NCBI GenBank assembly: GCA_046861615.1
Contig: JBHHUS010000002.1
Coordinates: 473 to 64,472 of the forward strand
Source: Fidelibacterota bacterium
Lineage (GTDB): Bacteria > Fidelibacterota > Marinisomatia > Marinisomatales > TCS55
Length of the DNA stretch: 64,000 bases
Reading direction: 5' to 3'
Shown: one piece after another, positions 10,885 to 20,740 of the stretch
Numbering within the stretch: position 1 is the first letter of the stretch
Layout: each line of letters begins with the position of its first letter
Notes under the pieces: model-generated
Told to the model about the DNA's origin: nothing
The model's input: the letters and a program-made list of their open reading frames with translations, nothing else
Databases searched by the model: none
Translations under genes and position numbers: made by a program

Positions 10885-11892
10885 TTAAATATTATGTTCC
10901 CGGGTCAAATTTCGAGTCATCAGTTCCGTAACCGCCAACTTGGGATCTTTATCCTCAAATAAAATATTGTAAATGGCTTGTGAAATGGGCATTTCCACTG
11001 AATATTTCGCTTTCAGATCGTGAACTGATTGAGCCGTTTTTACACCCTCCGCTACCATTTCCATTTGTTCCAGAATATCCCCGAGTTTTCTACCGCGGCC
11101 AATTTCCTCGCCCACATAACGGTTTCGGCTGTGTTTACTGAGACAAGTGGCAATTAAATCTCCTATACCGCTAAGACCGGAAAAAGTTTCCTTCCTGGCA
11201 CCCATGGCAACACCCAGACGGGTCATTTCTGTGATTCCACGGGTTAACAGGGCTGCCTTAGTATTGTCACCAAAACCGATGCCGTCGCAAATCCCAGCAG
11301 CAATGGCAATGACATTTTTTATCGAACCCCCCAATTCTACGCCGAGAATATCGGTATTAGTGTAAACCCGTAAAAATGGACTGGAAAACAGGAATTGCAC
11401 TTGCTCGGCGGTTGAAATATTTTCAGCCGCAGCCACTAAAGTAGTCGGTAATCGCTGAATCACTTCCTCAGCGTGGCTAGGACCATACAGACTAACAATC
11501 AGATCTTTTTTGAAGCCGCAAGCCTCCTGAACAACCTGACTCATGGTTTTAAGCGTCTGGTTTTCGACCCCCTTGGCAACATTAACCAGAATTGAATCCC
11601 GATTCAACTTGCCTTTTAATCGGAACGCTAATTTGCGAACGGCATGAGATGGAACAGCAATAATGACATAACGACTTTGATCCAGTGCTTCGGTCAAGTC
11701 GGGAAAGAAAGTGATATTTTTGGCAAATTGAAAACCGGGAAGATTGGGATGGCGCCTGGTTGATTTAAATTGTTTGACCTTGTCAGCATTGTGGTGCCAG
11801 GCGTTTACTCTATGCCCCTGCAAAGCCAGACACTGGGCTAAGGCACTGCCCCAGGAACCACATCCCAGGACAGTCACAGTTTCAATGGACAA
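10885..11892 (-). CDS. gpsA: NAD(P)H-dependent glycerol-3-phosphate dehydrogenase
   Basis: 335-aa ORF. N-terminal GCGSWGSALA Rossmann motif and overall GpsA-like sequence. Confidence 0.92.
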   Translation of the reverse strand: MSIETVTVLGCGSWGSALAQCLALQGHRVNAWHHNADKVKQFKSTRRHPNLPGFQFAKNITFFPDLTEALDQSRYVIIAVPSHAVRKLAFRLKGKLNRDSILVNVAKGVENQTLKTMSQVVQEACGFKKDLIVSLYGPSHAEEVIQRLPTTLVAAAENISTAEQVQFLFSSPFLRVYTNTDILGVELGGSIKNVIAIAAGICDGIGFGDNTKAALLTRGITEMTRLGVAMGARKETFSGLSGIGDLIATCLSKHSRNRYVGEEIGRGRKLGDILEQMEMVAEGVKTAQSVHDLKAKYSVEMPISQAIYNILFEDKDPKLAVTELMTRNLTREHNI

Positions 11893-11915
11893 GGGCTGAA
11901 ATCCTTCCGGTGAAT

Positions 11916-13718
11916 TTATTCAGCGTAAATACTGTCAATTAAAGCGGCAAAATGCTGTTCGACCGGCTTACGTTTAATCGATAACTTTGGTGTGGTTTCC
12001 CCTTCAGCAATGGTCCATTCCCGCGGCACAAGGGCAAACTTCTTAATTCGTTCGTACCTTGAAAAACTCTCCATTGCTTCCTGAACAACACTTTCGTACA
12101 GGACAATAACCTCACTGTTTTGAACCAGGGCCTCCCTGTCATCAGTGGGAATGCCGTGTTCTTTAGCCCATTCGGTCAACATTTCAAAGGAGGGGACGAT
12201 CAAGGCCGATACAAATTTCCGGCGATCCCCAATCGCCAGGCACTGTTCCACAAATTTATTGGAAGACAGAGCAATCTCCAGTGGAGCCGGGGCCACGTTT
12301 TTTCCTCCTGAAGTCACCAGTAAACTCTTTTTACGGTCGGTGATCTTCAAGTAGTCATCTTCATCAAATTCTCCAATATCACCGGTATGAAACCAGCCGT
12401 CAGCATCAATCGATTCTTTCGTGTCAGCTTCATTTTTGTAATAACCAACCATAACATTATCGCCCCGACAGAGAATTTCTCCGTCGTCGGCAATTTTAAC
12501 TTCTACCCCGTTAACCGGAGCCCCCACTGTTCCGAATTTGATCAGTTCTATTCTGTTCACGGAGATCACCGGGCTGGTCTCTGTCAAACCATATCCTTCC
12601 AAGATTGGCAGGCCGGCCGACATAAAAAATTCACCAATTTCTTTTGAAAGTGGCGCTCCACCGGAAATAAAATAACGGAGTCTTCCTCCTACCCGTTCTT
12701 TCAACTTGGAGAATACCAGTTTATTGGCCAACTTATATTTCAGCGCTAATAAACCGGAAGGTTGTTGATTACGTTTCAGGAATGCTGCAGCCTGGGTACC
12801 AATCTTGATTGCCCACCAGAATATCTTTTGCCTGATGGCCGGATCCTTACTGACCTTATCCAGTACTTTACCATATATTTTTTCATACAGCCGCGGTACT
12901 GCCACCATGATTGTTGGACGGACTTCCAGCATATTATCCGCTACCGTTTCAACACCCTCAGCATAATAGGTAGTGCATCCCCGGTTGAAACCGGTATAAT
13001 GGCCGGCCATTCTTTCGAATGAATGGCTGAGCGGCAAAAAGGATAGAAATATTTCACCGGTATTAATATCCAGGGCATCTAAACCACTGTAAATATTGGA
13101 AACCAGATTACGATGGATAAGCATGACTCCCTTTGGATTCCCCGTGGTACCGCTGGTATAGATCAGGGTCAATAAATCTTCCGGTTCAACCTGTTTAGAT
13201 ATTTCTGCATAGGAAAATCCATCCTCTGTAATTTTTTTATTTCCCATTTCAAGAACTTCCTGAAAAGCGATAATCTGATTCCCAGGATCCCGGGTATCGT
13301 CCATGGTAATAATGCCCTTAAGTCCGAGGCTGTCTTTAATGAAAGATAATATTTTATCCGTCTGTTCCTTATTTTCAGTAATCACGTATTCAGCATCTGA
13401 ATCGTCAATAATATATTTTATTTGCGGGGCAATCAACGTGGGATACACGGTAACGGAAGCGGCGCCAAGTCCGGCAATAGCATAATCACTGATAGCCCAG
13501 CGAGGATTATTAGTTGACAATATGGCTACTTTACTTCCTTTCTTCACCCCTAATTGGGATAGACCACCGGTAAATTGATCTACCAATTCCCCCACTTCAC
13601 CAAACGAATAGCCTTTCCATCGTCCATCGACTTTTTCAAAATAAGCCTTATCAGCACGAAAGTTAGTTACTGACTGTAAAAACATTTCTGCAATAGTATT
13701 GAAAGTCATAATTATCAC
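11916..13718 (-). CDS. Long-chain fatty acid-CoA ligase (AMP-forming)
   Basis: 600-aa ORF. AMP-binding signature YTSGTTGNPKG, plus GYGLTE and the C-terminal GW.HTGD motif. Confidence 0.9.
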   Translation of the reverse strand: MIIMTFNTIAEMFLQSVTNFRADKAYFEKVDGRWKGYSFGEVGELVDQFTGGLSQLGVKKGSKVAILSTNNPRWAISDYAIAGLGAASVTVYPTLIAPQIKYIIDDSDAEYVITENKEQTDKILSFIKDSLGLKGIITMDDTRDPGNQIIAFQEVLEMGNKKITEDGFSYAEISKQVEPEDLLTLIYTSGTTGNPKGVMLIHRNLVSNIYSGLDALDINTGEIFLSFLPLSHSFERMAGHYTGFNRGCTTYYAEGVETVADNMLEVRPTIMVAVPRLYEKIYGKVLDKVSKDPAIRQKIFWWAIKIGTQAAAFLKRNQQPSGLLALKYKLANKLVFSKLKERVGGRLRYFISGGAPLSKEIGEFFMSAGLPILEGYGLTETSPVISVNRIELIKFGTVGAPVNGVEVKIADDGEILCRGDNVMVGYYKNEADTKESIDADGWFHTGDIGEFDEDDYLKITDRKKSLLVTSGGKNVAPAPLEIALSSNKFVEQCLAIGDRRKFVSALIVPSFEMLTEWAKEHGIPTDDREALVQNSEVIVLYESVVQEAMESFSRYERIKKFALVPREWTIAEGETTPKLSIKRKPVEQHFAALIDSIYAE

Positions 13719-13803
13719 CCTTTTTTCTCAGTACCCAAATATATTGATATTTTCTTTCTTAGGCTTCTAATTTCTTCCACTGATTTTGGCTTAAGAATTT
13801 AAA

Positions 13804-13887
13804 GCCGGGGTGGCGGAACTGGTAGACGCGCCTGACTCAAAATCTGGTGGTGGCAACACCGTGCGAGTTCGAGTCTCGCCCTCGGCA
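13804..13887 (+). tRNA. tRNA-Leu (anticodon CAA)
   Basis: 84-nt class II tRNA closely resembling E. coli tRNA-Leu(CAA). Acceptor GCCGGGG/CCTCGGC, loop CTCAAAA, long variable arm, T-arm GCGAG-TTCGAGT-CTCGC. There is one U-U mismatch in the anticodon stem. Confidence 0.88.
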
Positions 13888-13986
13888 CTGCTCTTTTCTC
13901 TGGTTCAAAAAAACACTTGCAAAAATTTTATTAAACTATTACTTTAAGCTATCAAGGTGCTGGCTTGGTACCTTTGGTATGTGGAA

Positions 13987-14043
13987 GGGGTAGACCTTCA
14001 CTTTGTTCCGAGGTCATCGTGAAGTCTACCCCACTTTATTTAT
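13987..14043 (+). terminator. Strong hairpin with T-rich tail downstream of tRNA-Leu (terminator or 3' end of a small RNA)
   Basis: GGGGTAGACCTTCAC / GTGAAGTCTACCCC forms a 14-bp stem with one bulged C and a 17-nt loop, followed by ACTTTATTTAT. Confidence 0.4.
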
Positions 14044-14252
14044 AAAACGTACCTGATATTATACTTTAAGTAATAAAAGGTATTTATCTGATATTGCATT
14101 AATAAGCGTACTTTATTTATCACTTTAAGAGAGCGAATATTTCCCGAGCGTTCCACCTCATTTAAATATTAAATATAATTAAAGAAAAGTAATATTGCGT
14201 CTGTTTTTCCAGGCTCCCACTAATTTGTTCCGATGAAATTTACCGATCGAAA

Positions 14253-14282
14253 GAAAAAAAGAGGTCATTAAAAATGACCTCT
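14253..14282 (-). terminator. Rho-independent terminator of the 14311..16387 gene string
   Basis: AGAGGTCATT/AATGACCTCT inverted repeat, followed on the minus strand by a run of 7 T. Confidence 0.8.
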
Positions 14283-14310
14283 TTTAACAATAATGCTAAA
14301 AATTACTCCC

Positions 14311-14817
14311 TTATTTCTTCTTCTTTTTCCCGTTTTCAGCTTCTTTGGGCTTGGCCAGTTCCTTAACCTGATTTTGTAAAGCAGTAACCGTTTGCTCCAG
14401 ATCAGAAAATTTACGTCGGGTTAATCTCCTTTGACTGTCGAAAGATTCCTGCAAATCGGTTAGATCCTGATTGGTTAAATCAATCTTTTTATTGGTTACA
14501 CGGGAAAATTCGTCAAGATTCCATTGTACGTCATCGATCCGATCATACAACGAATCGGCGGTAGTATTAATTAAATTAGTATTAGCAATTATATCCTGCT
14601 GAGCACGCCGTATATGTTTACCACGACCTTCAAAACGAAGATTATATTTTCTTAAGTCTTCTCTGAATTCCTTATCGATGATGTCCAGATGATCTTTATC
14701 CTGTTTATTAAGAACTTCCATTCGTGCTTTTAGATCATCGGACAACCACTGGAAATAACCACCGGTGATAAGTAAAACAGCTAATAGCCCAAATATAATT
14801 TTATCCTTAATGCTCAT
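14311..14817 (-). CDS. Hypothetical membrane-anchored coiled-coil protein
   Basis: 168-aa ORF with an N-terminal TM helix (IIFGLLAVLLITGGYF), a long helical charged region and a Lys-rich C-terminus. No family recognised. Confidence 0.65.
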   Translation of the reverse strand: MSIKDKIIFGLLAVLLITGGYFQWLSDDLKARMEVLNKQDKDHLDIIDKEFREDLRKYNLRFEGRGKHIRRAQQDIIANTNLINTTADSLYDRIDDVQWNLDEFSRVTNKKIDLTNQDLTDLQESFDSQRRLTRRKFSDLEQTVTALQNQVKELAKPKEAENGKKKKK

Positions 14818-14835
14818 CTTTTCCTCAATTAATTG

Positions 14836-15165
14836 TTATTTTAAACCTTCTAATCGTTTTTCCCATTCGCTCAATTCCTTTGGATCAGATTCTTCTTCCT
14901 GATCAGTTTCACTGGTTTCCGTCCCTACTACTTCACCGGCTTTAATTTTCTTAAGTAATTCTTCCTGTCTGGTGGAATTTTCCTTGAGACTGGCCATCAG
15001 GTATTGCACCTCCTCATTGAAATCCTGAATGGCCGCCTCCAGTCGTTCCATCAATTCATCCACTAATGCCTGGCCGTAAGAGGCATTAATTCCTTCTAGG
15101 AGATCGTCCAGTTTGGCCTGAAGATATCCCACCCTACCTTCTTTATTATTTAGATCAATAGCCAT
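14836..15165 (-). CDS. Hypothetical small acidic coiled-coil protein (paralog of 33820..34248)
   Basis: 109-aa ORF. The core YG..L.DEL..RLE..I.DF..EVQ.L...LK.NS and the tail S.(W/F)E(K/R)RLE are shared with the second copy. Confidence 0.7.
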   Translation of the reverse strand: MAIDLNNKEGRVGYLQAKLDDLLEGINASYGQALVDELMERLEAAIQDFNEEVQYLMASLKENSTRQEELLKKIKAGEVVGTETSETDQEEESDPKELSEWEKRLEGLK

Positions 15166-15251
15166 AAAGTGGACGGCAAATTACAGCCGGAAAGAATAAT
15201 ATCGAAAACGATTTTAGAAATTGAATTGACACAGGTTTTAGACTCACAATT

Positions 15252-15716
15252 TCACGGAGTAAGTAATTTGAAATTACTCTTTTCGAAGGATTGAATTATC
15301 GGTTGAAATATTTTTTTCCGGAGCTTTACCGGTAAAACATCTTCGGATTGGGTTTGGTACAGACTTTTTCCACTAGTAGATACTTCGGACCCGCGTTTAA
15401 AAACCCATTTTTCCACCCCCAGAAAAACTTCGATTTTATCAGTTACTATCACGACAACTAAATAATCAAACCGTCGAAAGGAACGTTTTAACTTTTTCTT
15501 TTTAGTAACTAATAAACCTGTCTCTGGAGCATAGATATCAATTTCATACCCCAATCTTAATAGATCCTGTTTACATTTATCCAAAACCTGATCCTTGGGA
15601 ATTTGATAGTTGAATTCCTTGGTCAGTCGTTTTGGTGCAGAACAAGTTGATATTTTCAACGGCAATGCTAAAAATATGAACAGCAGGGGCCGAAAATAAG
15701 CGGCCATAGAAATCAA
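15252..15716 (-). CDS. Hypothetical exported protein, possible lipoprotein
   Basis: 154-aa ORF with a hydrophobic signal sequence ending in KISTC. It overlaps the upstream ORF by 4 nt. Confidence 0.6.
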   Translation of the reverse strand: MISMAAYFRPLLFIFLALPLKISTCSAPKRLTKEFNYQIPKDQVLDKCKQDLLRLGYEIDIYAPETGLLVTKKKKLKRSFRRFDYLVVVIVTDKIEVFLGVEKWVFKRGSEVSTSGKSLYQTQSEDVLPVKLRKKIFQPIIQSFEKSNFKLLTP

Positions 15717-16387
15717 TAAATATCAAATATGGAAGGTAGTGGTTCCGGCTTCGGTACCGAGCTGGACATATACATGAAATCGGGGTTATAATAAACCAGT
15801 TTTAACACACTCAAATTACCGCTGTAAATGGGAAGTTCCGAAACCGGCAAAAGAACCAGGCCATTTAACAATAATTCAATTTGAATTGGTGTGCTGCTCC
15901 ATGTCGAACGATAAAAAGCCCGTGAAAATTTGGGGTTTAAATAATCCGAATACGACGATCCCGGACCAGATTGAACCTGGGTTAAACTGCGAGTGGGACC
16001 ATAAACCTCAGAAATGTTCTTTTCCAAACGTTTAAATAATTTTACCTGCCCATCGATATCATCTCCCGGTGGAATAAAATCAATCTCCACCTTCCAGAAT
16101 CCACTGTCGGAGAAAAAATAAACGACCTGGACAGAATCAATACCAAGTTTTCCGCTATAACGCAGGTTCACGGTATCGCCGGGCATTTTTACCGAAGTTA
16201 ACCCGGTTTTCGGCAGTGTCCCAACCGGACTACCCCAGGCAAACCCCTTATAACCAAAAGCTAAATCCATAGGTAAAGAGGTATTCGAACTTTCAACAAC
16301 TGCTGGTGTTGAATCAACCACAGTTGAATCCTGTGCCACCAACCCGGTAACCATTAAACATGAAAGTAATATTAGTTTTCTGATCAT
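15713..16387 (-). CDS. Hypothetical secreted protein
   Basis: 224-aa ORF with signal peptide MIRKLILLSCLMVTGLVAQ. No family recognised. Confidence 0.6.
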   Translation of the reverse strand: MIRKLILLSCLMVTGLVAQDSTVVDSTPAVVESSNTSLPMDLAFGYKGFAWGSPVGTLPKTGLTSVKMPGDTVNLRYSGKLGIDSVQVVYFFSDSGFWKVEIDFIPPGDDIDGQVKLFKRLEKNISEVYGPTRSLTQVQSGPGSSYSDYLNPKFSRAFYRSTWSSTPIQIELLLNGLVLLPVSELPIYSGNLSVLKLVYYNPDFMYMSSSVPKPEPLPSIFDIY

Positions 16388-16449
16388 CCTTAAATCTATT
16401 CGTCTATTGACCGGTCAAAATACGCTGTCAGGAAAAGACAAGGCAAGTG

Positions 16450-17412
16450 CTAATGGATGATAGTACCAATCCGGTTTAAACGGGGTAAGAATGTATCCAG
16501 GTCCAACGAAAAGTAGGTCAGCAAAGCTTTCCCCAGAATATGATCTTCCGGAACAAAACCCCAATAACGGGAGTCCAGACTGTCATCACGATTATCCCCC
16601 ATGGCCCAATAATAATTTTGTTCCACTACGTAATAATCCAGGTCACGAATTGGTTCACCATCGATAAATAGATTTCCGGCCGGCAAATGATCTGACCATG
16701 GATTCACTAAATTCCCTTTTGGATAAAAAGCATTGTAAACGTAACCTTTTCCTTTCCTTCGGTATAATTCATCGGGACTGATAATGGTGAAATAGTAATC
16801 CTTGGTCCCTGCTTTTAAGGTCAATTCATGACCATCCAGAACCATTAAATGCAATAATAATTTGGCATTGGCTGGTGTAATTGCTATACTGTCTCCAGCT
16901 GCGGGAATCCTCAGAGGATGGAAAAAATCACGGTTTCCCTGGGTCCCTAAAAAAATATCCTGTTGTTTAAAATCCGGTGAAAGCGCCGGCATCAGGTATT
17001 TACCATGTTCAGGGAGGGAATATTCCTTACGGTTAACAAAAACTTTTTTATTCCTTACCTGCAGTGTATCACCCGGTCCAGCTACACAGCGTTTGACATA
17101 TTTCTGATGGGGATCCCGGGGAAAATTGAAAATGATGACATCGCTCCGCTTCGGTTCCTGAAATTTGGGAAATCTTAAATATGGGATGTAGAAACCAAAA
17201 TCAGTATAGGGGATTCCGATCCAATCCGGTGTTCGCATTCCGTACACAAACCGGTTTCCAATTAAAAAATCACCGGTCATAATTGTATTTTCCATGCTGC
17301 CGGTTGGAACAATGTACAATTCAAACAAAGTTACTTTTAACAGAAGGACAATTATTACCAGAATTACGATTGAGCGTAATTCAGCAAGAACTTTAGGTTT
17401 ATTGAATTTCAT
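16450..17412 (-). CDS. lepB: Signal peptidase I
   Basis: 320-aa ORF. TM anchor, catalytic Ser box GSMENT, and the GDNRDDSLDSRYWGFV box. Confidence 0.92.
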   Translation of the reverse strand: MKFNKPKVLAELRSIVILVIIVLLLKVTLFELYIVPTGSMENTIMTGDFLIGNRFVYGMRTPDWIGIPYTDFGFYIPYLRFPKFQEPKRSDVIIFNFPRDPHQKYVKRCVAGPGDTLQVRNKKVFVNRKEYSLPEHGKYLMPALSPDFKQQDIFLGTQGNRDFFHPLRIPAAGDSIAITPANAKLLLHLMVLDGHELTLKAGTKDYYFTIISPDELYRRKGKGYVYNAFYPKGNLVNPWSDHLPAGNLFIDGEPIRDLDYYVVEQNYYWAMGDNRDDSLDSRYWGFVPEDHILGKALLTYFSLDLDTFLPRLNRIGTIIH

Positions 17413-17456
17413 TGGCGGCGAATTTAAGTCAGGGACTTGATTACAGCGTAAGTATT

Positions 17457-18389
17457 TTAGTTTAAAAACACTCCTTTAAGTCGTTTAAACAATGGTTTCC
17501 CTCTTCCCAGGTAAACTGACATGACATCCAGTCTGACATTCTGTTCCGGTTGGTTTTTTTCCAAATAATATTGAACTGCCTTTTCCAGCCGGGATAATTT
17601 CCCCTGATCGACTTTTTGTGCCGGTGTACCGAGCTGCTGTTTTGAAAATGTTTTCACCTCTACGAAAACCAGAGAATCCCCATTCCTGGTGATAATGTCA
17701 ATTTCTCCATAATGACTGCAAACATCATTCATCGCTACTATTTCATAACCCATATTATAATAGTGTAAAGCTGCTAACTGTTCGCCTAATTCTCCAATCC
17801 GGCGTTTGGACCGAATCCAGTCCAGTGTAGGAAAATTCTGTTTAACCGGAGTAAAGGATTTCCGGTGAATCGGTGACGCTTTAAACTCCTGTAATGCTTT
17901 CATATGCTGCGGAGTTCCATATCCTTTATGCTTTTCAAAACCGTATCTAGGAAAGATTATGTTCATATCTTCCATAATTTTGTCCCGGGTGACCTTGGCA
18001 ATAATTGAGGCAGCTTTTATTTCGTCAATTTTATCATCACCACCGATAATACCCTTATTGGGGATGATTTTACCCGGGAGTCCAAACCCGTCAATCAGTG
18101 CCCTGGTGGGAGCTGGTTTCAGTTGTCCTAAGGCTTTCCGCATAGCCAACTGTGTTGCTTTAAGAATATTTAATCTATCAATCTGTTGAACATCTACGAT
18201 TCCGATACCGATAGAAGAAGCACATTCCTGAATTTTCTGAAATAGAACCTCCCTTTTTTTCGGGGTTAATTTTTTAGAATCCCGAAGACCTTCTATACCA
18301 TGCACCGGCGGTAAAACAATTGCTGCTGCTACTACCGGACCTGCCAGGGGACCCCTACCAGCTTCATCGACGCCTGCAATTATTTCCAA
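17457..18389 (-). CDS. rnhB: Ribonuclease HII fused to a YraN/UPF0102-family endonuclease domain
   Basis: 310-aa ORF. Residues 1 to about 185 look like RNase HII (GVDEAGRGPLAGPVV, DSKKL). Residues from about 190 to 310 look like YraN (GE..A..YY...GYEIVA.N......GEIDII...GDSLVFVEVKT). Confidence 0.85.
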   Translation of the reverse strand: MEIIAGVDEAGRGPLAGPVVAAAIVLPPVHGIEGLRDSKKLTPKKREVLFQKIQECASSIGIGIVDVQQIDRLNILKATQLAMRKALGQLKPAPTRALIDGFGLPGKIIPNKGIIGGDDKIDEIKAASIIAKVTRDKIMEDMNIIFPRYGFEKHKGYGTPQHMKALQEFKASPIHRKSFTPVKQNFPTLDWIRSKRRIGELGEQLAALHYYNMGYEIVAMNDVCSHYGEIDIITRNGDSLVFVEVKTFSKQQLGTPAQKVDQGKLSRLEKAVQYYLEKNQPEQNVRLDVMSVYLGRGKPLFKRLKGVFLN

Positions 18390-20740
18390 TTGATCACTCC
18401 AAAAGTTTTCCCATCAGTTCGAACCCAAAGTGCCCCTTGCTGATCCGTCCGGTGAATTTTCGCTCCTGAATTCATGATCCGCTTTAAAATAACCGGAGCC
18501 GGGTGATGGAATTTATTTCTATATCCAACAGAAACAACTGCCAATTCCGGGTTGATCAATTTTAAAAATGGTCTCGTTGTACTGGTCAATGAACCATGAT
18601 GAGCGACTTTCAATAGATCCGCACGTAACAGGTCACCGTAAGGAAGAATTATTGCTTCTCCCTCCAGTTCCAGATCTCCCGGAAAAAAGATACTCGTTTT
18701 TCCAAACGAAATTTTGAATACCAGACTTTGATTATTAATATTTCCAACATTCTTTTTAAATCCTTTAACAGGACTAAAAAACTGAACCAAACATTGATTA
18801 CTAAGATATTTTAAATCCCCGCTGTGTGGATATTGGACCACAACACCCTTATTAAGAAATAATTCATTCAAACGATTATTAGTTGCAGAATTAAAATTTG
18901 CGTTTAGTTCCCAAACAGTATCCACCGGTAGCGATTCGGTTACAGTAATTAAACCACCAATATGGTCGTTATGGGGGTGCGTGGCCACCAGCCAGTTCAA
19001 ACGATGAATGCCCAGATATTGTAAAACAGGAATAATGGTCTTTTCACCATAATCCTTTTGTTGGGTCCTTAACCCACCATCGATCAGCATGGCTTTACCA
19101 TTTCGCATTTTAATGACGGCTGCATCTCCTTCTCCCACATCGATAAACAACACCTCACACCCTGGATTAGAAATTGCATTCTTCCAAACTACCAAATTGC
19201 CAGCCAGTAAAAATAGAATAACAGCTTTACGTCGGAAACCAGGTTGCAGAATAAGAAAAATTCCGGCTAATAATGAAAAGTAAATAATAACAGAATACGG
19301 TTGTATCGATCCTGTCTGAATAGAAGCAAAACTTACTTTGGAAAAAGTATTCGTCAATGATTGAATTAATTGTGTAATGAACCAGGCTGATTGACCAACT
19401 AAGGCGCCTATTACCGGAATTCCACCCAGGATCAATATCAGAAAACCATTGGCTAATAAAACACCAACAAGCGGAACAATCATCACATTGGCAATTAATG
19501 CAATCACAGGAATCCGATGGAAATAAAGTGCTGTCAATGGTAATGTACCTAACTGAGCAGAAAGGGATACCAGAAACAACCCCCAACTGTATTTTAAAGT
19601 CTGATTGTTTATCGTATTCACCCGGCACCATAATGGCAGAATTTTCTGAAACTGGTTGTAAAGAACTATGATTGAAATGACGGCGCTGAAGCTAAATAAA
19701 AAACCCAGATCCTGAAGGGCAAAAGGATTCACAATTAGAATACTCAGGGCAGCCAACGCAATGATATTCCAGATATTTGCAGGACGATTAACTACCGGTG
19801 CAATTAAATACAATCCCGCCATGATACTGGCGCGAATAACACTGGGTTTTCCGCCGGTCAGTCCAACATAGAAGCAGAGCCCTAATATCAGCAAAAGACG
19901 GTCCCAACCCCAGGGAATGCGAAACAGCCGTACTATACTAATCAGGATAACCAAGATAAAACCCACATGCAATCCTGATACCGCCAACACGTGGACAACT
20001 CCCGTTCGGACAAAAGTTTGTTTAAGTTCGGGGTCAATTTGAGATTTATCTCCCAGAATCAAGGCAGAGAGTAAACCAGACTCCGGTCCGATCGATTGTG
20101 TCAGGTTTTTTTTAATATATGTTTGAATGTCAGAGAAAATCCTCAACGGTGAAAAACTTTCCCCCGGTTTCCTTGCTATTACATTTTCAGTTTCAGTATA
20201 AATCCGACAGAAAATCCCGTTCCTGAAATAAAACTTCCTGAAATCAAAGTCACCCGGGTTTCTTTTCCCCCCTATTTTCCTTAATTCTCCCTTACCTGAA
20301 ACCGAGTCTCCAACCGCTACTTCAAATCGGTCACGGACATACAATTGGAATCCAATCTTGATTACCGAAACTTCATCAGGACTCTTTAAATGCCCCCACT
20401 TGACTGTTAATCTCGTACGATTCTGGTAATATCGTACTTCAGTAATTTGGCCTTCGAAATCAACAGTGGTCTCGTTTAATGCTTCTATTCTATTAACTAA
20501 TTGGTTCAGGGTATCGGTTGTGATTGCAGTGTAATACCAGCCTCCAGCGAATACGACAAGTAGAAAAATTGATAAAAACAATTGATCCCTTCGAATAAAT
20601 AGAAGCAAACCAAAACAGATAATCAACAATGCCAAAGACAGGCCCGGATTCAGAAATTGCTGACCAAACAATAGGCCGAGAGAATAGACAATAACAACAA
20701 ACAACAGTGGTTTGGACTGAAAGGATGATTTCAAATCCAT
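18380..20740 (-). CDS. comEC: DNA internalization competence protein ComEC/Rec2
   Basis: 786-aa polytopic membrane ORF with a C-terminal metallo-beta-lactamase domain (HPHNDHIGG ... VAHHGS). Confidence 0.9.
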   Translation of the reverse strand: MDLKSSFQSKPLLFVVIVYSLGLLFGQQFLNPGLSLALLIICFGLLLFIRRDQLFLSIFLLVVFAGGWYYTAITTDTLNQLVNRIEALNETTVDFEGQITEVRYYQNRTRLTVKWGHLKSPDEVSVIKIGFQLYVRDRFEVAVGDSVSGKGELRKIGGKRNPGDFDFRKFYFRNGIFCRIYTETENVIARKPGESFSPLRIFSDIQTYIKKNLTQSIGPESGLLSALILGDKSQIDPELKQTFVRTGVVHVLAVSGLHVGFILVILISIVRLFRIPWGWDRLLLILGLCFYVGLTGGKPSVIRASIMAGLYLIAPVVNRPANIWNIIALAALSILIVNPFALQDLGFLFSFSAVISIIVLYNQFQKILPLWCRVNTINNQTLKYSWGLFLVSLSAQLGTLPLTALYFHRIPVIALIANVMIVPLVGVLLANGFLILILGGIPVIGALVGQSAWFITQLIQSLTNTFSKVSFASIQTGSIQPYSVIIYFSLLAGIFLILQPGFRRKAVILFLLAGNLVVWKNAISNPGCEVLFIDVGEGDAAVIKMRNGKAMLIDGGLRTQQKDYGEKTIIPVLQYLGIHRLNWLVATHPHNDHIGGLITVTESLPVDTVWELNANFNSATNNRLNELFLNKGVVVQYPHSGDLKYLSNQCLVQFFSPVKGFKKNVGNINNQSLVFKISFGKTSIFFPGDLELEGEAIILPYGDLLRADLLKVAHHGSLTSTTRPFLKLINPELAVVSVGYRNKFHHPAPVILKRIMNSGAKIHRTDQQGALWVRTDGKTFGVINWK

